DNA of 64,000 bases from Verrucomicrobiales bacterium. Lineage in GTDB: Bacteria > Verrucomicrobiota > Verrucomicrobiia > Verrucomicrobiales > V1-33. The stretch is taken from positions 19,093-83,092 of the forward strand of contig CANHIJ010000003.1 of assembly GCA_947460575.1 (NCBI GenBank), given 5' to 3'. Positions within the stretch are counted from its first letter, which is position 1, and each line of letters opens with the position of its first letter. The position numbers and the translations under genes were made by a program. This document shows positions 42,851 through 52,707 of this stretch, one piece after another. The notes under the pieces are model-generated. The model was not told the origin of the DNA. It made no database searches and worked only from the letters and a program-made list of their open reading frames with translations.

Positions 42851-45800
42851 ATGGCTGACTTTTTTATCCGACGGCCCATCGTGGCCATGGTGATCTCCAT
42901 TTTGTTGGTGATCATCGGATCCTTTACCCTAACGCGCCTTCCGATTTCGGAATACCCTGAGGTAAGTCCTCCCGTGGTGCAAGTGAGTGCTAACTTCCGC
43001 GGGGCCGCGGCGGAGGCGGTGGAGGCCTCGGTGGCCACGCCGCTGGAAGCGCAGATCAATGGGGTGGAGGACATGCTCTATATGAAATCGGTCAATGCGG
43101 CCGATGGCTCCATGAGCCTCAGCGCCACCTTCGACCTTGGCAGCAGCGTCAGCTTGAACCAGGTGAACGTGCAAAACCGGGCGTCCCTCGCTTTCCCCCG
43201 CTTGCCCGAGGCGGTGACCCGCGAGGGGGTCAGCGTGAAGCGCTCTAGCCCCGACGTCCTCCTGGTGGTGGGCTTGGTTTCGCCTCAGGGGACCTACGAC
43301 GCGGTTTTTCTGTCCAACTACGCGACGATCAACATGATCGACGCCATCGCGCGGGTCAGCGGAGTGGGGGATGTGCGCAATTTTACGGCGCAAGACTATG
43401 CCATGCGGCTCTGGATCGACCCCGAGCGCCTAGCGGCTTTTGGGTTGACGCCGGCGGACGTGATGGCCGCGGTGCGGGAGCAAAATGCTCAGGCCGCCGC
43501 GGGCCTGGTGGGAGCTGAGCCGGCCCAGAAGGGGCAGGAATTTCAGTACAACGTGGTGGCCAGCGGGCTGCTCCAGGAGCCCAAGGAGTTTGAGGAAATC
43601 ATCGTCCGCTCGAATCCCGATGGATCCCAAATCAAAGTCAAGGACGTGGCCCGCATTGAGATGGGTGCCCAGGTGTACAAGAGTACCGCCCGCGTCAATG
43701 GGGCCCCGGCCGCGGCGCTGGGCATTTATTTGGCCCCGGGGGCCAATGCCCTGGCTACCGCGGGGGCCATCAAGCAGCAACTAGCGGAAATGGCGCTGCG
43801 CTTTCCTCCCGACGTGAAGGTGGAAATCACCCTCGACTCCACCCTTCCGATCAGCGCTTCCATGGAGTCGATCGTGCACACCTTGATGGAAGCTTTGGTG
43901 TTAGTGATCTTGGTGGTCTTCCTCTTTTTGCAGAGCTTTCGGGCCACCTTGATCCCCATGCTGACGGTGCCGGTGGCTTTGCTGGGGACATTTATGGTTT
44001 TCCCGCTGCTCGGTTTTTCGGTGAATACCCTGACGCTTTTTGGTCTGGTGTTGGCGATTGGGATTGTGGTGGATGACGCCATTGTGGTGGTGGAGGCGGT
44101 GATGCACCACCTGGAGCACGGGCTGAGTCCGGTAGAGGCCACCAAGAAGGCCATGAAGGAAGTGTCGGGGCCGGTGGTGGCGATCGCTTTGATTCTCTGC
44201 GCGGTGTTTGTGCCGGTGGCCTTCATACCTGGGCTGACGGGGACGCTTTACCAACAGTTTGCCATCACGATTGCGGCCTCGGTGATTTTTTCGGCGATCA
44301 ATGCGCTCACCCTCAGCCCGGCGCTGGCGGCACTGCTGCTGCGTCCGCCCCAGGAGCGGCGCGGGCCACTGGGCTGGTTTTTTGGGCGCTTCAATCGAGG
44401 CTTTGAAGCAGTGACGGCGCGCTACACGGGGGTGGTGGGTTTTCTGGTGCGGCGCTCGGCGCGGGCGATGCTGCTTTTAGTGGCGGCGGGGGTGGGCATC
44501 GTATGGATCGGCAAGCAGGTGCCGGGAGGCTTCGTGCCGGATGAGGACAAGGGTTACTTTTTTGTGGCGGCGGAGTTGCCCGACGCAGCCTCGCTGCAGC
44601 GCACGCAGGCGGTCAGCCAGCAGATTGAGGCCCTCCTGCAAAAAACCGAGGGAGTGCAATCCTTTCTCAATATTGCGGGCTTCAGCATCATGTCGAACGT
44701 GTCGTCGCCTAACGCGATTACCTTTTTTGTGAGTTTGAAGGACTGGAAGGAGCGCGCCGCGCCGGAGACGCACGTGAAGGGGATCATCAAGCAATTGATG
44801 CGGCAATTTGCGGCGATCCCGGAGGCCCGGGTGTTGGCTTTTGGGCCGCCCTCGCTGCCGGGCTACGGCAACGCCTCAGGTTTCACCTTTGAGTTGCAGG
44901 ACCGGGTCGGCGGCAGCGTGGACGAGCTGGCGGAAATGACGAAGAAATTTATGGCGGCGGCGGCGCAGCGCCCGGAATTGGCGCGGCTCTACACCGGATT
45001 TCGCCCGGCGGTGCCCCAGGTCAAAGTGGACCTCGACCGCGAGAAGTGCCGGGTCTTGGGAGTGAGCGTCAGCGATGTTTACGCCACCTTGCAGGCGTAT
45101 CTTGGGGGGGCCTATGTGAACGATTTTAACCGTTTTGGGAGGGTCTACCGGGTTTACCTGCAGGCTGAGCCGCGCTTCACTAGCAAGCCCGAGGACATTG
45201 CCAAATTCTACGTGCGCAACAAGGAGGGCAAGATGGTGCCGCTGGATACCCTGGTGAAGGTCTCCCAGGTCAATGGCCCGGCCTACACGACGCGCTACAA
45301 CCTATTCCGCGCCGTGGAAATCACGGGGGCCCCGGCCCCGGGCTTTAGCTCTAGCCAGGCGCTGGAGGCCATGGAAGCGGTGGCCCGCGATGTCCTGCCC
45401 GCGGGTTTTGGCTACGAGTGGACTGGCCTTACCTACCAGGAGAAGAAAGCGGCGGGCCAGGCGGGTTTCATCTTGGCGCTGGCGTTCGTCTTTGTTTTCC
45501 TCCTGCTGGCGGCGCAATACGAGAGCTGGGCGCTGCCCTTTAGCGTGCTCCTAGCCACCCCGCTGGTGGTGCTGGGCACCTTTTTGGGGCTGTTGATGCG
45601 CGGGTTTGACAACAACATCTACGCCCAGATCGGGGTCATCATGCTGATTGGCCTAGCGGCCAAAAATGCCATTTTGATTGTGGAGTTCGCCAAGGCGGAA
45701 TGCGACAAGGGGATGCCCTTCGCAGAGGCCGCCATCCTGGGGGCGAAGCTGCGGCTGCGACCTATTTTGATGACATCGTTTGCCTTTATTTTGGGGGCGG

Positions 45801-46006
45801 TTCCCCTAGCCATTGCTACGGGTTCGGGAGCCGAGTCTCGCAAGGTGATGGGCACCGCGGTGGTCTTCGGCATGAGCGTGGCTACGGTCATCGGGGTGTT
45901 TATCATCCCGGCCTGCTATGCCTTTGTGATGCGCCTTTCCGGGGCCGGCCGGACCCCGCCCCGCCCCGAGATTTCTTCAGCTCCTCCCACCCATGTCGCC
46001 GAATAA
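42851..46006 (+). CDS. RND efflux permease (HAE1/AcrB family)
   Basis: FFIRRPIVA, GIVVDDAIVVVE, GLAAKNAILIVEFA, RLRPILMTS. Confidence 0.96.
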   Translation: MADFFIRRPIVAMVISILLVIIGSFTLTRLPISEYPEVSPPVVQVSANFRGAAAEAVEASVATPLEAQINGVEDMLYMKSVNAADGSMSLSATFDLGSSVSLNQVNVQNRASLAFPRLPEAVTREGVSVKRSSPDVLLVVGLVSPQGTYDAVFLSNYATINMIDAIARVSGVGDVRNFTAQDYAMRLWIDPERLAAFGLTPADVMAAVREQNAQAAAGLVGAEPAQKGQEFQYNVVASGLLQEPKEFEEIIVRSNPDGSQIKVKDVARIEMGAQVYKSTARVNGAPAAALGIYLAPGANALATAGAIKQQLAEMALRFPPDVKVEITLDSTLPISASMESIVHTLMEALVLVILVVFLFLQSFRATLIPMLTVPVALLGTFMVFPLLGFSVNTLTLFGLVLAIGIVVDDAIVVVEAVMHHLEHGLSPVEATKKAMKEVSGPVVAIALILCAVFVPVAFIPGLTGTLYQQFAITIAASVIFSAINALTLSPALAALLLRPPQERRGPLGWFFGRFNRGFEAVTARYTGVVGFLVRRSARAMLLLVAAGVGIVWIGKQVPGGFVPDEDKGYFFVAAELPDAASLQRTQAVSQQIEALLQKTEGVQSFLNIAGFSIMSNVSSPNAITFFVSLKDWKERAAPETHVKGIIKQLMRQFAAIPEARVLAFGPPSLPGYGNASGFTFELQDRVGGSVDELAEMTKKFMAAAAQRPELARLYTGFRPAVPQVKVDLDREKCRVLGVSVSDVYATLQAYLGGAYVNDFNRFGRVYRVYLQAEPRFTSKPEDIAKFYVRNKEGKMVPLDTLVKVSQVNGPAYTTRYNLFRAVEITGAPAPGFSSSQALEAMEAVARDVLPAGFGYEWTGLTYQEKKAAGQAGFILALAFVFVFLLLAAQYESWALPFSVLLATPLVVLGTFLGLLMRGFDNNIYAQIGVIMLIGLAAKNAILIVEFAKAECDKGMPFAEAAILGAKLRLRPILMTSFAFILGAVPLAIATGSGAESRKVMGTAVVFGMSVATVIGVFIIPACYAFVMRLSGAGRTPPRPEISSAPPTHVAE

Positions 46007-47420
46007 CTCATTTCTTTGTTGGCTCGGAGTGGTCCCCGCCCTACTGCTAGGAGGCTGCGCGGTCGGTCCCCACTACGAGCGCTCTGGGCCAGTGTTGGGA
46101 GAGACTTTTCGCTTTGGCAGCCGCGCCGCGGGCCCCAGCTTGGGGGAACTCGACTGGCGCTCGGTTTTCCAGGACCCGGTGCTGCAGGGGCTGATCGGCG
46201 AGGCCTTGGCCAACAACCCCGACCGCCAAATCGCCGCCTCCCGAGTGCTGCAGGCTCAGGCCAGCCTGGAGGTCGTGCGCTCCCAGTTGTTTCCCAACCT
46301 GGGCGCCAGCCTGAATTCGGCCCGCCGCGGCGTCTCCGCGTCGGAGGCCGGAGGGCCTGCCGCCACCAGCGAATCGACCAGCGCGGGGCTGAACTTGCTG
46401 ACGTACGAGTTCGACTTCTGGGGCAAGTTTCGCCGCGCCAGCGAGGCCGCGCGGGCCCGCCTCCTCGCCACCGCGGAAGGCCAGCGCCTGGTGGAGTCCG
46501 GCCTGGTCTGCAGCACCGCGATCGCCTATCTGACCTTGCTAGAGGAAGACCAAGAGTTGGCGATTTCTCAACGCACTTTGGCGAGCCGCCGCCAATCGCT
46601 GGAGCTCATCAGCATCCGGCAGCAGGGCGGCCAGAGTGCCCTGACGGATGTTCGGCAGGCGGAAGTGTTGGTGGCGGAGGCCGACGCGGCGATGAGTTTG
46701 ATCCGCCGACAGGTGGGCCAGCTGGAGAACTTGTTGAGCACCTTGGCGGGGCGCGCCCCGGGGCCGATCCGGCGGGGCCAGTCCTTCGCCTCGGCTAAGA
46801 TCCTCAGTCCGGCGCCGATGGGGCTGCCGTCGGAGTTGCTCAATCGCCGACCTGATTTGCGGGCCGCGGAGCAGGAATTGATCGCGGCCACGGCGGAGAT
46901 TGGGGTCGCCGAAGCCAAGCTCTTGCCCAGCTTTAGCCTAACAGCAGGGGCTGGTTTGCGCAGCGCGGCCTTTGCCGATCTGTTCAAAGATCCGGCGCGG
47001 TTTTGGCAGTTGGGCCCGTCGGTGGAGGTGCCGGTGTTTGCCGGGGGCCGCCTGCGGGCGGGCCTGCGGGGCAGCCAGGCGGCCCGCGACGAGGCCGAGG
47101 CCAAGTACCGCAAGGCGGTGCTGGAGGCGCTGCGGGAGGTTTCCGACGCCCTGATTGCCCGGCAGCAGAGCGCTGATTTCAGCGCGGCGCAGGCCCGCGT
47201 GGTCGCCGCCCGGTCCGGGGCCTTGGTCCTGATTCGCGAGCAGTACGACAACGGAGTGACGAGTTATTTGGAGGTCCTCTACAACGACCAACAGCTTTTC
47301 CTAGCCGAGATCAGCCAGGCTAGGGCGCAACTCGATGCCCTGACGGCCACGGTGCAATTATACCGCGCCCTCGGGGGCGGCTGGGACAAGTCAAGCATTC
47401 CTGTGGGGCGGAAGCCCTGA
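45993..47420 (+). CDS. RND outer membrane factor lipoprotein (OprM/NodT family)
   Basis: LLGGCAVGP lipobox, PSELLNRRPD, LYRALGGGW. Confidence 0.95.
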   Translation: MSPNNSFLCWLGVVPALLLGGCAVGPHYERSGPVLGETFRFGSRAAGPSLGELDWRSVFQDPVLQGLIGEALANNPDRQIAASRVLQAQASLEVVRSQLFPNLGASLNSARRGVSASEAGGPAATSESTSAGLNLLTYEFDFWGKFRRASEAARARLLATAEGQRLVESGLVCSTAIAYLTLLEEDQELAISQRTLASRRQSLELISIRQQGGQSALTDVRQAEVLVAEADAAMSLIRRQVGQLENLLSTLAGRAPGPIRRGQSFASAKILSPAPMGLPSELLNRRPDLRAAEQELIAATAEIGVAEAKLLPSFSLTAGAGLRSAAFADLFKDPARFWQLGPSVEVPVFAGGRLRAGLRGSQAARDEAEAKYRKAVLEALREVSDALIARQQSADFSAAQARVVAARSGALVLIREQYDNGVTSYLEVLYNDQQLFLAEISQARAQLDALTATVQLYRALGGGWDKSSIPVGRKP

Positions 47421-47433
47421 GCCGCCCGCCGCT

Positions 47434-49593
47434 TCAGTAGTGGACCGCGCTGACGGCGTCGAGGTCAAAGCCGGAGCTGCCCTTGCCGCTGAGGGGGTTG
47501 AAGGCGGGGTCGTCGGGGTGGCGGATGAGGTCGCCGCCGATGTCGTCGCAGCGGGCTTGGTCGCCGGTGGATTGGATGCGGACATAGCGGATCCAGCTGA
47601 GGTCGGCGGCGGCGGCATCGAGGTCGAGGCTGTCGCCGCCGCTGCGCGCGGGATTGGTGGGGTCTTCGCCGGTGGTGCCGTTGCGCCCGGCAAAGCCGCG
47701 CGCATAGTAGAAGGGATCGCGGAGGTCCAGCGCTTGCCCGGCGGCGGGCGGCACGGCGTCGCAAGGCAGGGCGCGCCATTCACCGGGGAAGAGGGCCACG
47801 CTGACCACGGCGGGCTCCATGAAGCGCTGATTGGCGCTGCCGCCGATGAAGAGGACATTTTCGAAAATGGTGAGGTCTTCCCCGGGGGCGATTTCGACGA
47901 TATTGTCGGTGAATTCGAGATCAATGCGGCCTCCCGCGAAGGGTTTGGCGTGAAGGGAGAGCACTTCGCCGGGTTTGTAAGCGGGGGCGTAGGTGCTGCG
48001 GCCGTCGGGCGGGCCGGTCACGTTGCGGGGCAGGTTCGCGGAACCATAGCCGTTAGTGCTGAGGGGTTGGAAGGAGACTACGCGGTCGGCGTAGGGATCG
48101 CCCGTAGACCCGGGCTGGGCGCGCTCCAAGGTCTGAGGCAAGACGGCGGTTTCCTGTTCGGCGAGGGCCTGCGCGGCGCCGTCGCTGGTGAGGGCGACGA
48201 GGGTGTAGCGGGGGGTGCTGCCGGTGGGCAGGCCGCGGTCCACGAAGTTGCTGCCGGTTCCTTGATAGACGGGCCGACCGTCGCGCAGCACGCGGAAGGT
48301 GCTGGCCGTGAGGCCACCGGCGGCGAGCAGTTGAGAAACCCGCGCGGGGTGCCAGGCGACCCCGACCTTTTCCCGGCTGGGGACCAAGGTCAGGAGGTCG
48401 CTGACGGCGAGGTGAAACGTTTTTTGAAACGTGGCCCCAGCGGCGTCCGTGACCACTAGAGAGAACTCGGCCCATTGGCTATCCGGCCCGCCGCGCCCCC
48501 GCAGCACGCCCTCGGGGGACAGTTCCCAGGAGGGGTCGGGGAGGCGGCCCGAATCGAGCTCCCATGTGTAGGGCGGCGTGCCGCCCTCGGCGGCGAAGGT
48601 GCCTTGGTAGGGCTCCCCGGGCGCGGCGGGGGGGAGGGCGCTGGGGGTGGCGATGGAGACGCTTTCGGCAACGGTGAGGAGGAAGTCGCGCCTAACGCGG
48701 GTGAGCTGAGCGTCGATAACTATTAGGGTAAAGGGGTACTCGCCGGCTTCCAGGGGGGAGCCGGAGCAGAGGCCGGTGGAATCGATCGGAAGGCCACCGG
48801 GAGCGTGGGGGCTGCTGTCCCAGGTGTAGGGGGGGACGCCGCCGGTGGCTTGAAAGGAGAGGGTGAAAGGCAGGCCGACGCTGCGGGGATCCAGCGCGGC
48901 AGTGGCGATGGCGAGGTCCTGAGCGGGTTTGATAGTGAGCGTTAGGGCGGCGGAGTCGCTGGCCCCGGCAGCGTCGGTGACGGTGAGTTTGAAAGGGGTG
49001 TGGCGGGGGACGGCGCTGGTGCCGCGGAGGGTGGCGTCGGGTGGATTGAAGAGGAAGGGGCCGGGCTCTGCGGGGAGGTCGACCGACCAGGTGTAGGGCG
49101 GGGAGCCGCCGATGGCTTCGGCTTGGTAGGAGAAGGGCTGGTCGACCTTGCCAGGCGGGGGATTACCGGTGGCGATGGAGAGGGGGATAGCGGTGAGGGG
49201 CGGGGGGCCGCCGCCGGGGTGGGGGCCGGGGGAGTAGACGGGAAACCAGACCCCATTTTTTTTGACGGCGCGATTTAGGCCGGTGCCGCCTTCGCCCTCG
49301 ATGGAAGTTAGGCCTTTGGGGAGGGCTTTGGGGTCGTAGGTGCGGAGGTCGGCGGCTGCGCGCATCGGGCCGCTGGGGGCGGCGGGGGGGGAGTCGGGGC
49401 GCCCGGCGGCGGCGGGCGAGATATCAGTTAGAGTGGAATCGTCCGGGTCGGCGGCGGGGCCAAGCCAAGCGGCGAGCCAGCGCGGGCGGTGCTGCGGGGA
49501 GGTCGCGGCCCACCAACTCCAGCCGCCCAGGGAGAGGCCGAGCAGGAGCAGGAGCAGGGCGACGGGGGAGCGGAAGGGGCGCGGGGGCTTCAT
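47434..49593 (-). CDS. Membrane-anchored surface protein: 3 putative Ig repeats, FN3-like domain, C-terminal BtuH-like domain
   Basis: N-terminal TM; GG(S/V/T)PPYTW x3; C-terminal DPYADRV...DLTIFEN...GFDLDAV; ATGA overlap with the upstream gene. Confidence 0.75.
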   Translation of the reverse strand: MKPPRPFRSPVALLLLLLGLSLGGWSWWAATSPQHRPRWLAAWLGPAADPDDSTLTDISPAAAGRPDSPPAAPSGPMRAAADLRTYDPKALPKGLTSIEGEGGTGLNRAVKKNGVWFPVYSPGPHPGGGPPPLTAIPLSIATGNPPPGKVDQPFSYQAEAIGGSPPYTWSVDLPAEPGPFLFNPPDATLRGTSAVPRHTPFKLTVTDAAGASDSAALTLTIKPAQDLAIATAALDPRSVGLPFTLSFQATGGVPPYTWDSSPHAPGGLPIDSTGLCSGSPLEAGEYPFTLIVIDAQLTRVRRDFLLTVAESVSIATPSALPPAAPGEPYQGTFAAEGGTPPYTWELDSGRLPDPSWELSPEGVLRGRGGPDSQWAEFSLVVTDAAGATFQKTFHLAVSDLLTLVPSREKVGVAWHPARVSQLLAAGGLTASTFRVLRDGRPVYQGTGSNFVDRGLPTGSTPRYTLVALTSDGAAQALAEQETAVLPQTLERAQPGSTGDPYADRVVSFQPLSTNGYGSANLPRNVTGPPDGRSTYAPAYKPGEVLSLHAKPFAGGRIDLEFTDNIVEIAPGEDLTIFENVLFIGGSANQRFMEPAVVSVALFPGEWRALPCDAVPPAAGQALDLRDPFYYARGFAGRNGTTGEDPTNPARSGGDSLDLDAAAADLSWIRYVRIQSTGDQARCDDIGGDLIRHPDDPAFNPLSGKGSSGFDLDAVSAVHY

Positions 49594-51623
49594 GGGAGCA
49601 GGCGCAAGCGCAGGCGCAGGAAATGGCTCGAAGAGGGTGGGGAGGAGTCGCGCAGGGTCACTGCAACGACCGGTGGGAGGGCGGTTTCCTGGATGGCGGG
49701 GGCGGCGAGAGCGAGGGGGGCGAAGGCTTGGCCGCGCGCGCTTTCGGCTATAGTGATCCAAGGGCCCGCGAGGTGGTCGGAGGCTTCGACGGTGTACGAG
49801 AGGTCGGTGCGGAGGGGGTGGCGACAGAAAGATAGGGTGGCTTGGCCGCGGCTGAGGCCGGGGACCAGGGGGCTGGGACCGGGGACGAGGGGCGGGGTGT
49901 GGAAGGCGTATTCGAGGAGGTTAGGGGAGCCGTCGCCGTCGGGGTCGGCTTGGGAGTTATTTTCCTGATGGGAGGCGGCGGGGCCGAAATGGAAAGCCTG
50001 CCAGGAGGCGAAGGTTTCGGGGACGTCGAAGGCGCTGAGGGGGGCGAGGCCGTGGCGGAGGGGGCTGCCGGGGGTGCCGGAGAGGTCGGAGGCGAGAAAG
50101 GCGACGTAAGCTTCGCCGCGGCGAGAGAAGGTTTGGACTTGATAGAGGGGGTCGAAGTCGGGGGGGAGGGCGTCGGGTTGGAGGCGGCGGGAGGCGCCGG
50201 TGGTGGGGTCGAAGACTTGGAGGGAGGGGGTTTTGAAGCCGCTGGCCCAGAGGCGGCCCTGGGCGTCGACGGCTAGGGAGCTGGCGCTGTCGAATTGGAA
50301 AACGGGGGTGCCTTGGGAGCCGGAGAGGCCGGTCTGGCCGGACTCGAGGGCGACGATGGCGGCGTCGATTTGGGCGGGGGAGAAGCGGCGCACCCATTCG
50401 GCGGCGGCCTGGGCGGGGCTGCCGGGCAATTCATATTGGGCGGCGAAGACCTGGCCCGCGGAGTCGGCAGCGACGGCGGCGCTGTAGGTGCTGAGGCGCG
50501 CCACGAGGGGGCCGAGGAGGCGGCCGGAGGGGGTGAGAAAGCTCAGTCCGTGCTGGCCGGTGGCGCTTTGGATGCCGCCCACGATCCAGCCGGAGCGGCC
50601 GCTGGCGGGGGAGTGCCACCAGCTTCCGCAAAAGTTAGGGAGAGAGGCCAGGGGAGCGGCGGGGAGGGCGGGCGCAGGCGGGGAGGGGTCGAAGAGGTAG
50701 AGGCCGGTGGCGCCGCCGAAGGATCCGCCGCCTCCGAGGAGGGCGCGGTTGGCGTCGGCGACGGCGATAAAGGCGGGGTCGAAGGCAGCGTCGCCAGAGG
50801 CGATGGGGAGGTGATCGGCTTGGCCCCAAGCGGCTTGGATGTGGAGTTGGCCCTGGGCGCCGAGGAGGAAGCGGCCGTCGGGGAGGTGGGCGAAGGCGGT
50901 GGCGTTGACGCCGGTGCCGTCGAGTTGATCGACGGTTAGGGTTTGCCAGGATTGGAGATGGATGACGCCGATGGCGTCGAGGTCGAAGCCGGCGGATCCG
51001 CTCACGGGAAAGGGATCGTAGATCGGGCGACTGGCGGAATCGCGGGACCGGCCGTCGCCGATGACATCGATGAGGCGGACGTGAGAAACTTGGTCGAGGC
51101 CGAGGTCGGCGAGGTCGAAGGGTTCGCCGAAGGCTTGGCGGAATTTGCCGGCGAGGCCTTGGACGTCGCTGGGGTCGATGCTGCCGAAGGGCCCGACCGG
51201 GTTGGGGGTGAGGGAGAAGTTGGGGAAGCGGGTGAAGTGGACGCCGTCGCAGGAGACTTCGACGTAGGCGAGTTCGAGGAAGGTGTCGCTGAAGCTGTTT
51301 TCGAAGATGGCGAAGTCGGGGCCGGGGCCGTCGTGGATGAAGCCGGGAAACGATAGGGTGATGCTGCCGCCGGAGCCGAGGGAGGCGACGTGGGTGGGGT
51401 CGTCGGTGGCGGGACCGAGGGATTTGGTAGGATCTTGCCAGGCGGGGGAGGCGTCGGACCCCGCGGCGTAGGCAGGAGCGCGGTTGGCCCAGGCGGTGAA
51501 GCGGGGGTCGCTGCGGTGCATGGCGGTGGAGCCTAGTTGCTGGGCGGCGGGAGAGTAGGGTCCGGCGGGGGCAGGGGAGGCCGCTAGCAGGGCGAGCCAA
51601 GGGGTGAGCAAGCGGGCTCTCAT
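49590..51623 (-). CDS. Exported protein: BtuH-like domain, putative beta-propeller, DPDGD...FLRL C-terminal domain
   Basis: Signal peptide; [12 protein letters not shown]...DFAIFEN...VEVSCDG...GFDLDAIG; C-terminal [15 protein letters not shown]...HFLRLRL. Confidence 0.75.
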   Translation of the reverse strand: MRARLLTPWLALLAASPAPAGPYSPAAQQLGSTAMHRSDPRFTAWANRAPAYAAGSDASPAWQDPTKSLGPATDDPTHVASLGSGGSITLSFPGFIHDGPGPDFAIFENSFSDTFLELAYVEVSCDGVHFTRFPNFSLTPNPVGPFGSIDPSDVQGLAGKFRQAFGEPFDLADLGLDQVSHVRLIDVIGDGRSRDSASRPIYDPFPVSGSAGFDLDAIGVIHLQSWQTLTVDQLDGTGVNATAFAHLPDGRFLLGAQGQLHIQAAWGQADHLPIASGDAAFDPAFIAVADANRALLGGGGSFGGATGLYLFDPSPPAPALPAAPLASLPNFCGSWWHSPASGRSGWIVGGIQSATGQHGLSFLTPSGRLLGPLVARLSTYSAAVAADSAGQVFAAQYELPGSPAQAAAEWVRRFSPAQIDAAIVALESGQTGLSGSQGTPVFQFDSASSLAVDAQGRLWASGFKTPSLQVFDPTTGASRRLQPDALPPDFDPLYQVQTFSRRGEAYVAFLASDLSGTPGSPLRHGLAPLSAFDVPETFASWQAFHFGPAASHQENNSQADPDGDGSPNLLEYAFHTPPLVPGPSPLVPGLSRGQATLSFCRHPLRTDLSYTVEASDHLAGPWITIAESARGQAFAPLALAAPAIQETALPPVVAVTLRDSSPPSSSHFLRLRLRLLP

Positions 51624-51682
51624 GGCGAGGGGAAGGCGGGCCCGCGCCCTGGGGAGGGGGGCGCGGGCGGCTCGGGGGGTGG

Positions 51683-52360
51683 CTAGGGGCGGCGGCGCCA
51701 GAAGCCCGCGCTGGCGAGGGCGAGCAGGGCCGGGGCGGCGGGCTCGGGGATGGGAGCGGGGGCTGGAATGGGCCGGGCGGGGCTGGCGGTGCCGTCGCTG
51801 TAGATCCAGCCGTCCCAGGAGCCGTGGGCCAGGGGTCGGCCGAGTACGCCGGTGTTAGAGGGGATCCACGCGCCGGGGCCGCCTTCGTCGTAGGGGCTGC
51901 CGAGGGGGGGCAGGAGGTGGGCTCCGGCGGGGGCGGCGCCGTCGCTGTAGTTGCCATCCTGCTGAAGGTTGTTGACGAAGTAGTTGAGGTACGCGCCGGT
52001 GCTGGGGTTGTAGGCGGGGAAGCTGAATTCCGCGGCGCCATCGAGGTCGGCATCCCAGCGGAGGTCGCTGACAAAGGCGTCGCCGACCAGGGAGAAGCGG
52101 GGTTCGACACCTGCTAGGGCGAGGAGGAGGTCGCGGCCCTGGCGGGGCGCGGCGGGGTCCCAGCGGAGGCCCCAAGCCCAAGCGGATTGGCCGGGCCACT
52201 GAATGACGAGGACGGCTTCGCTGAGGCCGGGAGCGGCGTCGGGGCCGATCCAGGTGGAGACGTCGGAGGTGAGGAAGGCCGCGCCCTGGGAGGGGGAGAG
52301 CAGCGCCGCCGCGAGGAGGGCGCCCGCGGTGAGCGGGCGCATCGTTTTTGATGGGGTCAT
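51683..52360 (-). CDS. PEP-CTERM surface protein
   Basis: Signal peptide; WIG...AVLVIQW...WGLRWD domain; C-terminal [22 protein letters not shown]. Confidence 0.85.
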   Translation of the reverse strand: MTPSKTMRPLTAGALLAAALLSPSQGAAFLTSDVSTWIGPDAAPGLSEAVLVIQWPGQSAWAWGLRWDPAAPRQGRDLLLALAGVEPRFSLVGDAFVSDLRWDADLDGAAEFSFPAYNPSTGAYLNYFVNNLQQDGNYSDGAAPAGAHLLPPLGSPYDEGGPGAWIPSNTGVLGRPLAHGSWDGWIYSDGTASPARPIPAPAPIPEPAAPALLALASAGFWRRRP

Positions 52361-52406
52361 GGATTCGGACCGGCTTTGGAATCGAGCCGGGGTCGAGGGG
52401 TTGAGA

Positions 52407-52580
52407 TCCGCACATCAAGTGTTCTGACTCCCGGCTTCAGACCTCGGCCCCGCCTTCACCCAGGGGGCTCGCTTCTTACAAGAAGAGGCGGGCTTGATTG
52501 GATTGGCAATGTGGGACTTTGTAACCGGATACAGCAGCGCCAACTGTCCCGGGATCTAACCGGGTTCCATGCTGCGCGGA
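52407..52580 (-). promoter_or_regulatory. Cobalamin (B12) riboswitch
   Basis: Minus strand: P1 TCCGCGCA/TGTGCGGA; GGAA-CCCGG-TTAGATC-CCGGG (P4 T-loop); CAG-TTGGCG-CTG (P5); CTGTA; GCCAAT...GAAGGC; B12 box AGTCAGAACAC. Confidence 0.9.
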
Positions 52581-52585
52581 CGATG

Positions 52586-52616
52586 ATTTTTACACGGGAG
52601 CGCGGGGAGCTGTCAA
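52586..52616 (-). promoter_or_regulatory. Sigma70 promoter of the B12-regulated operon
   Basis: Perfect TTGACA (52616-52611), 18-nt spacer, TAAAAAT; the predicted start near 52580 coincides with the 5' end of riboswitch P1. Confidence 0.65.
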
Positions 52617-52707
52617 CCTGCCATTGGGCTGGGGTGGGGCGGAGTTGGGCGGAAAAAGGGTGGAGCAAATCCCCGTATGCGGAGCGGAGCGGGTTGTGCC
52701 ACGCTCG

